A stretch of DNA of 41,398 nt, taken from positions 1-41,398 of the IMG/VR virus record IMGVR_UViG_3300023270_000004; one strand, given 5' to 3'. Position numbers and translations under genes: made by a program. Shown in pieces: positions 15,904 through 25,347 of this stretch; positions within the stretch are counted from its first letter, which is position 1, and the number at the start of each line of letters is the position of its first letter. The DNA comes from a virus. Lineage: Duplodnaviria > Caudoviricetes. A model generated the notes under the pieces. That model did no database searches, was not told where the DNA came from, and saw nothing but the letters and a program-made list of their open reading frames with translations.

Positions 15904-16181
15904 ACCAGTCCAACACCCTGCACGCGGTCAGGATCGACACGCACCGCGTCACCACGATGCCCGAGTCCTGCGCAGACGAAGGCGGCGTGCCGCACGATCC
16001 GCCGCTCGCGAAGCCGGGCCGCGTGTACCGCGACGACCCGCCGGGCAGCTTCTGGGCCGCCGCCTTTGCGTCGGTCGCCATCGTCGCGCTCTGCTGCGCT
16101 GTCGCCCTGGTCGGCTTCACCCTCGCGCTGCCGAAGCCCAAGGGCGAGCTGCCGCGCGCCACTGCGAAGGTGACCACGTGA
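15900..16181 (+). CDS. Single-TM membrane protein (93 aa)
   Basis: Hydrophobic FWAAAFASVAIVALCCAVALVGFTLAL; coupled. Confidence 0.65.
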   Translation: MNQSNTLHAVRIDTHRVTTMPESCADEGGVPHDPPLAKPGRVYRDDPPGSFWAAAFASVAIVALCCAVALVGFTLALPKPKGELPRATAKVTT

Positions 16182-16342
16182 AGCGCACCGAGCCCACCCG
16201 CAGCCTCCTGCAGGGCATGCCCTACGTCAACGCCGCCAGCACGGACATCCGTGCCCGCTTCGAGGCCATGAAGGCCGAGCAGCAGAAGGCCGCGTCCAAG
16301 AACTCCGGGGCGCTGCGCATCGCGGCGCGCCGCAACCGCTGA
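16178..16342 (+). CDS. Small phage protein (54 aa)
   Basis: GTGA coupling; YVNAASTDIRARFE motif. Confidence 0.6.
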   Translation: MKRTEPTRSLLQGMPYVNAASTDIRARFEAMKAEQQKAASKNSGALRIAARRNR

Positions 16343-16350
16343 AGGACCCC

Positions 16351-17136
16351 ATGCAACAAGCAACCGCAGAGCCGACCCGGCTCGAACTGATCGACGCCGA
16401 GCCCGCCACCGGCGGACCGCTCGCGCACCAGGCCGCCAACGCCGTCGCGTTGCCCGAGAACTCGCCGGCCGCGATGATGATGGCCGCCGTCTCGCGCGGC
16501 ATGTCGCTGGAGCAGGTCGGGCAGATGATGGACCTGCAGGACCGCTACAACAAGGCCGAGGCACAGAAGGCCTACAGCGTCGCGTTCGCCGCGTTCAAGG
16601 ACGAGGCGGTGCGGATCATCAAGAACCGCGACGTGAAGGACGGGCCGCTGAAGGGCAAGGCCTACGCCGAGCTGCACGCGGTCGTCAATGCGGTCACGCC
16701 GGCGCTGTCGAAGCATGGGCTCAGCGCGTCGTGGAAGCTGACGAAGGACGACCGCGACTGGATCGAGATCACCTGCACGCTGAAGCACACGGCCGGCCAC
16801 TCGGAATCCGTCTCGATGGGCGGCCCGCCGGACACCGGTGGCGCGAAGAACGCCATCCAGGCGCGCGCCAGCACCGTCAGCTACCTGGAGCGCTACACCC
16901 TGAAGGCGATCCTCGGCGTGGCCGAGCAGGGCCAGGACGATGACGGCAGCGGCGGCAAGGACGACCCCGCGGCGGACCCGATGCTGGATGCGTTCCGCGC
17001 GGCTGCGATGCATGGCGAGAAGGCCCTGCGCGCCCACTACGAGGCCAACAAGCCGACCGAGGACTTCTGGAAGACGCACGCCAAGAGCCTGAAGGCCGCT
17101 GCCGCCAAGGCTGACGGCCGGGAAGGTGCGCAATGA
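16351..17136 (+). CDS. erf: ERF-family single-strand annealing protein
   Basis: YAEL..V.NAV.PALSKHGL, LKHTAGHSES, IQARASTVSYLERYTLKAILGVA..QDDDG. Confidence 0.9.
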   Translation: MQQATAEPTRLELIDAEPATGGPLAHQAANAVALPENSPAAMMMAAVSRGMSLEQVGQMMDLQDRYNKAEAQKAYSVAFAAFKDEAVRIIKNRDVKDGPLKGKAYAELHAVVNAVTPALSKHGLSASWKLTKDDRDWIEITCTLKHTAGHSESVSMGGPPDTGGAKNAIQARASTVSYLERYTLKAILGVAEQGQDDDGSGGKDDPAADPMLDAFRAAAMHGEKALRAHYEANKPTEDFWKTHAKSLKAAAAKADGREGAQ

Positions 17137-18056
17137 TCGTCCTGACCCACGAGCAAGGTAGCCAGGATTGGTTGCAGGCCCGCTGCGGCGCCTGCACCGC
17201 CTCGCGCTACAGCGACGCCCGCGACAAGGTCGGCGGCCTGACGACGCAGCAGCAGATCTACGTCGAAGCGATGCTCGCCGGAAAGACCGATGCCGATGCG
17301 CTGGCCGCCGCCGGCTACAAGAAGCGCCCGACCTCCGACACCGTGGCCCGAGCGATGCGGGGCGAGAGCGTCGAGGAGCCGAGCGCGAAGGCTATCGGGT
17401 ACTCGTGGCTCATCGCCATCGAGACGATCGCCCGCGAGCCCATCGACGACACCTTCGTGACCTTCGCGATGCGCCGCGGGCGCGACCTGGAGCCGCTGGC
17501 GCGCGCCGCCTACGAGCGCCGCACCGGCCAGTGGGTCGACGAGGTGTCGCTGATCCTCACCGATGACGGGCACTTCGGCTACTCGGCCGACGGCTTCGTG
17601 GGCGACGACGGGCTGATCGAGATCAAGTGCCCCATGTCGCCCGAGAAGCTGGGCAACGTGTGGGAGAACCCCGCCGGCGCGGTGGCCGAGTACATCGACC
17701 AGATCAACGGCGGGCTGTGGATCACGGGCCGGAAGTGGTGCGACCTGGTCGTCTACTGCCCGTGGCTGTCGGCCGTCGGCAAGGATCTGTTCGTCTGGCG
17801 CGTGGTGCGCAACGAGGAAGCGATCGGCCAGCTGGAAGACGACCTGATGGCCTTCTGGTCGCTGGTCGAGCGGAACCTCGCGATCCTGCGCAACCCCACC
17901 AAGATGAACGGCCGGCCGCTCGAAGAAGCCGCCGCGCCGGCCGCCGAGCCCGCGCCCTGGGACGGCCCCACCACCCTCCCCGTCGCGCCGCCACCGGCCG
18001 ATACCACCCCGCCCAAGCAGCCGGAGGCCTATGCGCCGATGGCCCTCGACTTCTGA
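17133..18056 (+). CDS. YqaJ/lambda-exonuclease family protein
   Basis: EQGSQDWLQARCG..TAS, MRRGRDLEPLARAAYE, GYSADGFV, IEIKCP, YIDQINGGLWITGRKWCD. Confidence 0.92.
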   Translation: MIVLTHEQGSQDWLQARCGACTASRYSDARDKVGGLTTQQQIYVEAMLAGKTDADALAAAGYKKRPTSDTVARAMRGESVEEPSAKAIGYSWLIAIETIAREPIDDTFVTFAMRRGRDLEPLARAAYERRTGQWVDEVSLILTDDGHFGYSADGFVGDDGLIEIKCPMSPEKLGNVWENPAGAVAEYIDQINGGLWITGRKWCDLVVYCPWLSAVGKDLFVWRVVRNEEAIGQLEDDLMAFWSLVERNLAILRNPTKMNGRPLEEAAAPAAEPAPWDGPTTLPVAPPPADTTPPKQPEAYAPMALDF

Positions 18057-18068
18057 CCAGGAGATCAC

Positions 18069-18251
18069 ATGACCAACGCCACCCAGCCCAGTCACGACGA
18101 GCAGCGCGCCGCATTCGAAGCCGCCGCTCGCCCGCTGATTCAGTTCCTGAGCACGCTGCATCCGCATCACACCGTGCACGTCACCGCGACGGGCGCGGAA
18201 TTGCTGGAGAGCCAGCGCACGTTCATGACCGACGAATTCCTGAAGGACTGA
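18069..18251 (+). CDS. Hypothetical protein (60 aa)
   Basis: FEAAARPLIQFL...HPHHTV.VT.TGAELLE...EFLKD; SD AGGAG. Confidence 0.75.
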   Translation: MTNATQPSHDEQRAAFEAAARPLIQFLSTLHPHHTVHVTATGAELLESQRTFMTDEFLKD

Positions 18252-18254
18252 GCC

Positions 18255-19670
18255 ATGACCCTCGAATTCCCCGAGATCGTCGCCCCGACCGAAGCGCCTG
18301 CGCAAGCCCCGGCCGCCGCGGTCGCTGCCGAACTGGTCGACACCGCCGCCGTGAGCGACGGCAAGGTGCTGGTCAACTACAGCCGCACCGAGGCCGCCCT
18401 CGCCGACCTGCGCGAGCGCTACACCGGCGCGCAATTCGATCTGACCACGACGAAGGGCGACAAGGCCGCCCGCGCCGCGCGGCAGGAGCTGGTGACGCTG
18501 CGCACCGGCCTGGAGAAGAAGCGGCTCGAGCTGAAGCGGCCAGCGCTGGAGTTCGGAAGGAAGATCGACGCCGAGGCCGAGCGCATCACCGGCCAGATCC
18601 GCGCGCTGGAGAAGCCGATCGACGCGCAGATCGAGGCTGACGAGAAGCGCCGCGCGAACGAGGCGGCTGAGCGCAAGCGACTCGACGACGAGCGCCAGGC
18701 CAAGCACACGGCCAACATCGCCAAGATCGCCGCGATGCTGACCGGCGCCGAGGACAAGTCCGCCGAGCGGCTGGCCAACGGCGTGGCGCTCGTCGACAAC
18801 CTGCTCGTCGAAGGCTACGAGGAGTTCCAGCCCGAGGCCGAAGCGACCCGCACCCGGGTGCTGCTGGGCCTGAAGGCGCTGCACCAGAAGGCCGTCGACC
18901 GCGAGGCCGCCGCCAAGCTGCTCGCCGCGCAGACGCTGGCGCTGGAGATCGGCCAGCGCGTCACCGACCTGATCGGCCAGCCGGCGGACGCGATCCGCGA
19001 CGCGCTGAATCTGCTGGAGCTGACCGCCTACGCAACCGACATCGACGTGTCGGTGAATCGCGCGCACGAGGCCGCACTGAAGCAGCTGCGCACGATGCTC
19101 GCAGCGGCCGAGAAGTCCGACGCCGACGCCGCCGAGCTCGCGAAGCTCCGCGCCGCCCAGGCGCCCGCTGCACCCGCGCGTGGCACGCACAGCTTCACCG
19201 TTGCAGAGGTCACCGCCCTGATGTCGACCCTGCCGGCCGCCGCACCGGTGCCACCGGCCCCTGCCCCCGAACCCGCCCCTGCACCGGTCGAGCCTGTCGT
19301 GCAAGACCCCCCGCGGGTGTTCGATCGCTCAGCAGAGCCGGTGCTCGACGCCGCTGCAATGCCTCCCGCTGCGGAGGTCTTCACGCACGGCATGCCCGGC
19401 CTGCCGCTGGACTCCGGCGAGTTCGTGCCGGCCAGCCAGCTCAATGCGCCGAAGCCGGTCGATCTCGCGGAGCCCGCCACCCTGAAGCTCGGCACCATCT
19501 GCGAGCGCTTCGGCCCGGGCTTCAGCATCACGGCCGCCTTCGTCTCCGACACGCTGGGCATCCAGCTGGCAGGCACGGAGCGCGCTGCGAAGCTCTACCG
19601 CGCGAGCGACTTCGCCCGCATCTGCGACGCCCTGGTGGCGCACATCGACAGCATGCGGGGTGCGTCATGA
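18255..19670 (+). CDS. Coiled-coil phage protein with Pro-rich linker and small C-terminal domain
   Basis: 471 aa. RTGLEKKRLELKRPALEFGRKIDAEA.RI coiled coil; C-terminal TLKLGTICERF...AAKLY domain. Confidence 0.75.
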   Translation: MTLEFPEIVAPTEAPAQAPAAAVAAELVDTAAVSDGKVLVNYSRTEAALADLRERYTGAQFDLTTTKGDKAARAARQELVTLRTGLEKKRLELKRPALEFGRKIDAEAERITGQIRALEKPIDAQIEADEKRRANEAAERKRLDDERQAKHTANIAKIAAMLTGAEDKSAERLANGVALVDNLLVEGYEEFQPEAEATRTRVLLGLKALHQKAVDREAAAKLLAAQTLALEIGQRVTDLIGQPADAIRDALNLLELTAYATDIDVSVNRAHEAALKQLRTMLAAAEKSDADAAELAKLRAAQAPAAPARGTHSFTVAEVTALMSTLPAAAPVPPAPAPEPAPAPVEPVVQDPPRVFDRSAEPVLDAAAMPPAAEVFTHGMPGLPLDSGEFVPASQLNAPKPVDLAEPATLKLGTICERFGPGFSITAAFVSDTLGIQLAGTERAAKLYRASDFARICDALVAHIDSMRGAS

Positions 19671-20116
19671 GCCCGGCCGAGTTCGCGGCGCGCCTGAGCG
19701 GGCGCGAGTACCGCCGCGAGATCAGCAAGGCAGAGGCCGACGAGGCAAAGGCCGCCGGGCTGGTCGTGATCTTCGGCGCGTCCGACGACCTGGTCGAGTT
19801 GCGCGGTGCGATCTACGACGAGATCGGCGCCAACGACGGCACGACGTTCCGGGTCTGCGGCGATGGCCTCCTGCCTGAATGGCCGGACGACTGCGACGAG
19901 GGCTGGTCTGAAGATGAGGCCGAGCAGTACTTCAGGCGTAAGGCTGCTGGCTTTCGGAAGGTCGAGGCCATCTGGTCGCCCACCGATCCGGCGTGCTCAT
20001 GGGCCTACGCGACCGACATCCCGCACGCGACGTTCGACGTGATGGACGATGGCGAGCTGTACTGCCGCGGCATCGTGTTTCGGCTGGCCGACGTGAAGTC
20101 AGGCGGTGCCGCATGA
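19667..20116 (+). CDS. Conserved phage hypothetical protein (149 aa)
   Basis: GLVVIFGASDDLVELRGAI.DE...W.YATDIPHATFDVMDDGELYCRGIVF. Confidence 0.8.
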   Translation: MSPAEFAARLSGREYRREISKAEADEAKAAGLVVIFGASDDLVELRGAIYDEIGANDGTTFRVCGDGLLPEWPDDCDEGWSEDEAEQYFRRKAAGFRKVEAIWSPTDPACSWAYATDIPHATFDVMDDGELYCRGIVFRLADVKSGGAA

Positions 20117-20301
20117 GCACCCGCCGCCGCGACATCCGCACCGAGCGCCAGGCCCGCGACCTCGCGAAGCGGTTCGGCTGGGGCACCCCGATGCCTGGCG
20201 ACGAGCCTGACGACCAGGTCGACGACGAGCCGGCGCCGGACGAGCGCATGCCGTTCGACGCACAACGCAACGGCGCTGATGCGCAGGCAGGTGCGGCATG
20301 A
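20113..20301 (+). CDS. Hypothetical protein (62 aa)
   Basis: ATGA coupling on both sides. Confidence 0.55.
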   Translation: MSTRRRDIRTERQARDLAKRFGWGTPMPGDEPDDQVDDEPAPDERMPFDAQRNGADAQAGAA

Positions 20302-20678
20302 GGAACATGAGCTTCGCCCTCACGGTCACGCCGATCATGGAGGGCACGAAGGACGTGACACGCCGGCTGGGCTGGCTGCATCTGAAGGCCGGTGACCAAC
20401 TGCGCCCGGTCCGCAAGTGCATGGGCCTACGCCCGGGCGAGAAGCTCGACGTGCTGCGCGATCCCCTCACCGTCGTCAGCGTGCGCCGCGAGCGGCTGGA
20501 CCTGATGCTGACCGACATCGAGTACGGCTTCGAGGAAGTCCGCCGCGAGGGCTTCGAGCTGCACCCGTACTACCGCTGGCCGAGCGAGTGGGTGGCGATG
20601 TTCTGCTCCACCCACAAGGGATGCAGGCCTGACACGGTGATCACGCGCATCGAGTTCCAGTACCACCCGACCACCTGA
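20298..20678 (+). CDS. ASCH/PUA-like domain protein
   Basis: MSF....I.EGTKDVTRRLGW..LK.GD...V.SVRRERL...REGF...V.TRIEF. Confidence 0.8.
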   Translation: MRNMSFALTVTPIMEGTKDVTRRLGWLHLKAGDQLRPVRKCMGLRPGEKLDVLRDPLTVVSVRRERLDLMLTDIEYGFEEVRREGFELHPYYRWPSEWVAMFCSTHKGCRPDTVITRIEFQYHPTT

Positions 20679-20689
20679 GGACCACCACC

Positions 20690-22024
20690 ATGAGCACCGA
20701 CCTGAAGACCGAAGCGATGCAACGCCTCACAGATGCCGGCGCCGCGCTGTCGAACTGCGCGTACAACCTGGCGCAGCACGTCGGCCGCGCGCTCACCACG
20801 CGCGACACCGCAGCGCTCGATGAACTGCGCCGTGCATGGGACACCGCGCTCGCAGCTCTTGCTGCCACCAGTGCGCCGGCCGATCCGAATGCCATTGCAG
20901 ATCACATCTGCAACGACGTGGCAGAGCTGGGCGACCGCAACAGTCCCGAGGACTGGCCGGAGGCGATGCTCGTCACGCACGCCGAGTTGCGCGCCATCGT
21001 GCTCGACGCCCTCGCCACCAGTGCGCCCAGCGAGCCAAAGTATCACGACAGCACGCCGCACCTGCATGTTGGCGACTCCGCATTCGAGGACTGGTATCAA
21101 GCCTACTGCGTCAATCCACCTGCGAACCCGAAGCAAGCGGCGCGCGATGCATACGCAGCCGGCATGGGCGATCCGCTCGTCTGCGCAGCGCCTGCAGTGC
21201 GCACCTTCGACGACCGCCTGCAGTTGGCGCGGCTCGCCGAAGCAGAGGCCAAGATGCGCAACCCGCCGCCGCTGCAGTGGGAAGACGGCGAAGGGCCTGC
21301 GCAGCCCGAGCAGATGCCCTACGTGTCGGCCATCGATCCGGTGATGCAACGCCATGCGCAGCCCGAGGCGCCCGACTACTTTTCCTTGATGAGTGATTTG
21401 CGATATGGCATCGAGAGCCTGTCGACGATGTCGCCCTCGTATGACCGCAAAGAATATGCGGCTCGACTGATTCAAAAAATAGACGGCGTCTCCACCGTCG
21501 CTCCTGAACCTACATTGCTCGATGTGATGCAGAAGAGCGGATTCGTTGTCGACACCCCGAAGCCGCAGCCCGAGGTGCCGGCAGTACTGCGGAATGCGGA
21601 GTGGTGGCGCCAAGCGCCGCCTCCGGCCTACGAGCACCCCGCCGCAAAGCGTTGCCGAGAACGCTTCGAGGCCGAGCATGCCGAGCTGTCAGACGTGATG
21701 ATCGCCGCCAACTGTTGGCGCCACACGATGGAAGCGTTCCGCGACCATTTCAACAGGGATCGCGAAACACCAACGACTGAACAGGATGTTGACGCTGCTC
21801 GCAATCAACTACATGCAGCGATCCGCCGCCATGTTGCTCTCTCCATCCCTCCCGCTGCTGAAGTGGAAGAGCGCCGGGAGCTGTCGGACGAGGAGATCCA
21901 TCGCGTGTACTGGGCGGCGTATGAGCGCTCCGGCTACGGCGCAGGCGACGACGCGGCTATCAATTTTGCCGTGCTGGAAGTTGCTCGGCATTTCTTCGCG
22001 AAGTCGAAGGAGAAAGCATCGTGA
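20690..22024 (+). CDS. Mosaic accessory protein (Ea22/Ead-like patchwork)
   Basis: 444 aa of short modules joined by AP/QPE linkers (e.g. DVAELGDRNSPEDWPEAMLVT, ELSDEEI); shifts in composition along the gene. Confidence 0.65.
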   Translation: MSTDLKTEAMQRLTDAGAALSNCAYNLAQHVGRALTTRDTAALDELRRAWDTALAALAATSAPADPNAIADHICNDVAELGDRNSPEDWPEAMLVTHAELRAIVLDALATSAPSEPKYHDSTPHLHVGDSAFEDWYQAYCVNPPANPKQAARDAYAAGMGDPLVCAAPAVRTFDDRLQLARLAEAEAKMRNPPPLQWEDGEGPAQPEQMPYVSAIDPVMQRHAQPEAPDYFSLMSDLRYGIESLSTMSPSYDRKEYAARLIQKIDGVSTVAPEPTLLDVMQKSGFVVDTPKPQPEVPAVLRNAEWWRQAPPPAYEHPAAKRCRERFEAEHAELSDVMIAANCWRHTMEAFRDHFNRDRETPTTEQDVDAARNQLHAAIRRHVALSIPPAAEVEERRELSDEEIHRVYWAAYERSGYGAGDDAAINFAVLEVARHFFAKSKEKAS

Positions 22025-22233
22025 GCGCGCCAGACACGATTGTCCGGCACAACCTGCTGACACAGCGCGGCTACACGCCGTATTGCGGTGCAGATTGTTG
22101 CGTCGGCCCGCGAACGCAATTCGATGGATATCAGTTTGCATGCGGAAGGTGTGGGTGGCGTTCGTCCTTTGATAGTCAGTTCATCGCGCAGTACCGCGCA
22201 GCCATCGCCACCACCAAGCAGGAGCCCCAATGA
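22021..22233 (+). CDS. Small Zn-ribbon protein (70 aa)
   Basis: YTPYCG..C..PRT.FDG.QF.C..CGW.S.F. Confidence 0.7.
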   Translation: MSAPDTIVRHNLLTQRGYTPYCGADCCVGPRTQFDGYQFACGRCGWRSSFDSQFIAQYRAAIATTKQEPQ

Positions 22234-22556
22234 GCGATTCATACCAAGCCACCTACGACGCTGTTCGCAGCCGCATCAGCAATGGAGACATTGGATCTGC
22301 CATGGCAGACGTTGCGCGAGACGCACTCGGCAACGCATGCGAGCAGGTCAAGAGCGCAGCCCAGCAGGCAGTATGGGACATCGGCAATGCCATGACGGCG
22401 CCGAGCGTCATTTATCGCCCCACATTGAGCATTGACGGCGATCAGTGGTGCGCCCTGTACGGCGAGAACCTGCAGGACGGTGTTGCCGGCTTCGGCAAGT
22501 CCCCGGCACTTGCCATGGATGACTTCGACCGCGCATGGAAGGAGCCGCGCCCATGA
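22230..22556 (+). CDS. Hypothetical phage protein (108 aa)
   Basis: PSVIYRPTLSIDGDQWCALYGENLQDGVAGFGKSPALAMDDFD. Confidence 0.8.
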   Translation: MSDSYQATYDAVRSRISNGDIGSAMADVARDALGNACEQVKSAAQQAVWDIGNAMTAPSVIYRPTLSIDGDQWCALYGENLQDGVAGFGKSPALAMDDFDRAWKEPRP

Positions 22557-22987
22557 GCACTGATCCGAACCCATGGCGCGAACTGTTTTGGGAAACAGCG
22601 CTGGCCTTGAACTGCCTCCCATCAACATTCGTAGATGCGAATGCGCACGTGTTGCGGAAGGCCAAGAAGCTCGCGGAAGGGCCGCGCGCTGTCCTCTGCG
22701 GTGTCACTGCACAAGAGGCCGAAGAGGACGTTGCGTATCTCGCATCTCAGAACGACAAGATGCGCGCCGAAATCGCCCACCTCACTGCTGAGCTGGAGGA
22801 GGCGAGGAGGGATTCGGGGATACGCATGAGCGAGGCCGCCCTGGAGGCGGCAGCGAAGGCGATGGCTGAGGCGTTCGACTATCCGTGGGAGTACATGCCG
22901 ACGGTAGGGCGCATCAACATGCGCACGATCGCCAAGAACGTCATCGACGCAGCCATGACCAAGGAGAAGCCCAATGGGAGCTTGTAA
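22553..22987 (+). CDS. Hypothetical protein (144 aa)
   Basis: ATGA coupling; SD AAGGAG. Confidence 0.65.
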   Translation: MSTDPNPWRELFWETALALNCLPSTFVDANAHVLRKAKKLAEGPRAVLCGVTAQEAEEDVAYLASQNDKMRAEIAHLTAELEEARRDSGIRMSEAALEAAAKAMAEAFDYPWEYMPTVGRINMRTIAKNVIDAAMTKEKPNGSL

Positions 22988-23216
22988 CGCTGACGACGAC
23001 CGCACACCCGGAGAGCGGCGTGTCGGGCCGAGGATCAAGCTGTTCTACGAGCACTGGCACTGGCAGATGCCGGAGAACCCGCCCGAGTGGGACCGCATGG
23101 GGCCGCTGGAGCGCGCCGAGTGGGAGGCAGTCCGCAATGAGGTCGAGGTGCTGCGCCTGGCGACGTGTGCCTTGCAGAACCGCGGCCTGCTGGAATCCGG
23201 GCAACCGTTCTCTTGA
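22974..23216 (+). CDS. Hypothetical protein (80 aa)
   Basis: SD AAGGAG; Trp-rich. Confidence 0.6.
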   Translation: MGACNADDDRTPGERRVGPRIKLFYEHWHWQMPENPPEWDRMGPLERAEWEAVRNEVEVLRLATCALQNRGLLESGQPFS

Positions 23217-23221
23217 CAGCC

Positions 23222-23563
23222 ATGATGCTGACCGCCGCCGCCGTCGCCGAGCTGCTCGGGATCAGCGCCCGCGCCGTGTACGACCTGCATGCGGCGGGCC
23301 GGCTGCCGGCGTATCGGTTTGGACGTGCTGTACGCTTCGCACCCGAGGACGTGGAAGCCTACCGAGAATCATGCCGATCCGCTGGGACAAGAGAAACAAG
23401 CGCTGGCGCTACGAGTTCGACCGGGTCATTGAAGGTCGCCGGCAGCGAACTAGCCGCCTACTTCCGCAAGGCTGGAGTCAGGCCCAGGCCGACGCCTTCG
23501 ACCGAAAAGAAGGTGCGCGCCTCTACGCCGTTGGCACTGGTATCGAGCGCGCCGACGCGCTGA
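23222..23563 (+). CDS. xis: Excisionase-like HTH protein
   Basis: MMLTAAAVAELLGISARAVYDL..AGRLPAYRFGRAVRF..EDV; 3' end overlaps the int start. Confidence 0.85.
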   Translation: MMLTAAAVAELLGISARAVYDLHAAGRLPAYRFGRAVRFAPEDVEAYRESCRSAGTRETSAGATSSTGSLKVAGSELAAYFRKAGVRPRPTPSTEKKVRASTPLALVSSAPTR

Positions 23564-24387
23564 TCGACACCGCCGTCCTGCACTATCTGCAGGACAAGGC
23601 CCACCTGAAGAGCATCCAGTCCGCACGCGAGAACCTGGCCTCGATCGCGTGGGCCTATGAGGGCAAGTCGCTGGCCGAGCTCGCCGCGGTGGCCACGGTG
23701 GTCAACGCCACGCGGCAGGGCGTCCGGGATGGCGTGACGCTGTCCGACGCCACCGTGCACAACCGCCTGGCGCTGCTCAAGGCGGCCTGCCGGTGGGCAT
23801 GGAAGAAGCACGGCATCTGCGAGAACGACCCCACCACCAGGATGATCCTGCCGGCGGTGCGCAACGAGCGCCACGTCTACGCCGGCCGGGCCGAGCTCGG
23901 GCGCCTGCTGCGTGCTGCCGATCGCCGGGACGTGCGCGCGATGATCCTGGCCGCCTTCTACACCGGCATGCGGTTCGGTGAGCTGAGGCGCGTTGCCGTC
24001 GACGGCGGCGCCATGGTGCTGGAGGACACGAAGAACGGCGAGCGGCGCGTGGTACCGGTGCACCCGAAGCTCGAGCGGCTGGGAATCCTGGCGATGCTGC
24101 CCCTGGAGACGCCCGAGAGCACCCTGCAGCGCGGCTTCCAGCGCGCCCGTGTGCGGGCCGGGCTCCCGCACATCCGCATCCACGACCTGCGCCACAGCGC
24201 CGCCAGCGAGATGGTGAACGCCGGGGTGGACCTGTTCACTGTGGGCCGTGTGCTGGGGCACAAGGACCCGCGTAGCACCGCGCGCTACAGCCACCACCAG
24301 GCGGAGACGCTCAAGGCAGCGGTGGGCAAGATCGGGAGAAAATCCCCGCACACTGCCGACAAAAAAGGCCACCCGAAGGCGGCCTGA
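23371..24387 (+). CDS. int: Tyrosine integrase (338 aa)
   Basis: YTGMRFGEL (R), TKNG (K), HDLRHSAAS (HxxR), LGH, RYSH (Y). Start placed at MPIRWDK. Confidence 0.95.
   Translation: MPIRWDKRNKRWRYEFDRVIEGRRQRTSRLLPQGWSQAQADAFDRKEGARLYAVGTGIERADALIDTAVLHYLQDKAHLKSIQSARENLASIAWAYEGKSLAELAAVATVVNATRQGVRDGVTLSDATVHNRLALLKAACRWAWKKHGICENDPTTRMILPAVRNERHVYAGRAELGRLLRAADRRDVRAMILAAFYTGMRFGELRRVAVDGGAMVLEDTKNGERRVVPVHPKLERLGILAMLPLETPESTLQRGFQRARVRAGLPHIRIHDLRHSAASEMVNAGVDLFTVGRVLGHKDPRSTARYSHHQAETLKAAVGKIGRKSPHTADKKGHPKAA
24360..24384 (-). terminator. Intrinsic terminator for the reconstituted tRNA, embedded in the int 3' end
   Basis: Minus strand GGCCGCC-TTCG-GGTGGCC-TTTTTT, about 20 nt downstream of the tRNA CCA. 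Confidence 0.8.
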
Positions 24388-24405
24388 TTTCGTTCGATTT
24401 ACCTA

Positions 24406-24462
<57 letters not shown>

Positions 24463-24688
24463 GCGGCATGCGCGCCCCGCACATAGGTGCAACGCCCGTG
24501 CGCCGCGCGCGAAAAGCGCGTCGAACGCGCCGAGTTGGGAGGAAATCTCCGCACACATCCCCCATCATGGGGATGCCGGGCGCGCATTTCTCACGCCCAC
24601 GGCGCCATGGCAGGAGCACAATAAGCGAAGCCGGATCAACGCGACAACGCTGACCCGGCCTCTGACCACACTGCGAAAGGACCGCATC

Positions 24689-24847
24689 ATGGCTACCACA
24701 AAGTCTACTCTTCCTGCATTGCTCTTGGCTCTGCTGCTGTCCGCCTGCGGCGGTGGCACGCTGTACGACGAGCCGACCGAGCACCACCCGACGACGCTCC
24801 CGTCAGTGCCGGCGCCCGACCTCCCGGCCAGCGCCCCGACGGACTGA
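24689..24847 (+). CDS. Small lipoprotein (52 aa), moron-like
   Basis: MATTKSTLPALLLALLLSAC|GGG..., lipobox LSAC; SD AAAGGA; Pro-rich mature part. Confidence 0.75.
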   Translation: MATTKSTLPALLLALLLSACGGGTLYDEPTEHHPTTLPSVPAPDLPASAPTD

Positions 24848-25306
24848 TCAGGAAACGATCTTCAGCTGGATGTTCGAGAGCGTCCCTCCGACGCTGTAGG
24901 TCTGGATGTGCACGCGAACTTGCCACGGCCCGGGCTCGGCGACGTCGAGCGTTGCGGTTTGGTCGATGGGGATCATTTGGCCGCCTGCGGCGGTGATGGT
25001 GTAGTTCCGGTGGGCCGTGCCGCTCGAGAACAGGCCAGCGCCGCTCGGATCAAGGGACACGAGCGCCTCACCCGGGCCGTCAACCTGAAGTTGGCCGGTC
25101 ATCGTCAGCTTGTAGCGGCCAGGCTTCACGAAGTTGTGGGTGATAGGCGTTGCCCAGGCGCCGCCAGCGGACAGTTTGATGACCTGGTCGCCGGCTTTCA
25201 CCTCGACCACCGGCGCCGGCTGAACAGGCTCTTCCGTGCTGCTCTTGCCGCACGCTACCAACGCCAGCACTACCGTAGTGCACGCTGCCATCGCCTTGAT
25301 ACCCAT
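24848..25306 (-). CDS. Lipoprotein with beta-sandwich-like domain (152 aa), moron-like
   Basis: MGIKAMAACTTVVLALVAC|GKSS lipobox LVAC; beta-strand-rich mature part; G-rich SD. Confidence 0.75.
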   Translation of the reverse strand: MGIKAMAACTTVVLALVACGKSSTEEPVQPAPVVEVKAGDQVIKLSAGGAWATPITHNFVKPGRYKLTMTGQLQVDGPGEALVSLDPSGAGLFSSGTAHRNYTITAAGGQMIPIDQTATLDVAEPGPWQVRVHIQTYSVGGTLSNIQLKIVS

Positions 25307-25347
25307 CTCGCCCCCCTGATTTTGATCGGACGGGTATGGTCGCTCAG

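Noticed and set aside
17037-19304. 755-aa - strand ORF
   Set aside because: Shadow of the exonuclease and coiled-coil genes.
22885-23370. N-terminal 162-aa extension of the integrase in the ORF track
   Set aside because: Overlaps other better-supported genes including xis; the sequence is non-protein-like and integrase-like sequence starts at MPIRWDK (23371).
24334-24353. att arm repeat as a copy of the late motif (shared TCCCCGC)
   Set aside because: The flanks differ, and it pairs much better with 24537-24556 across the att core.
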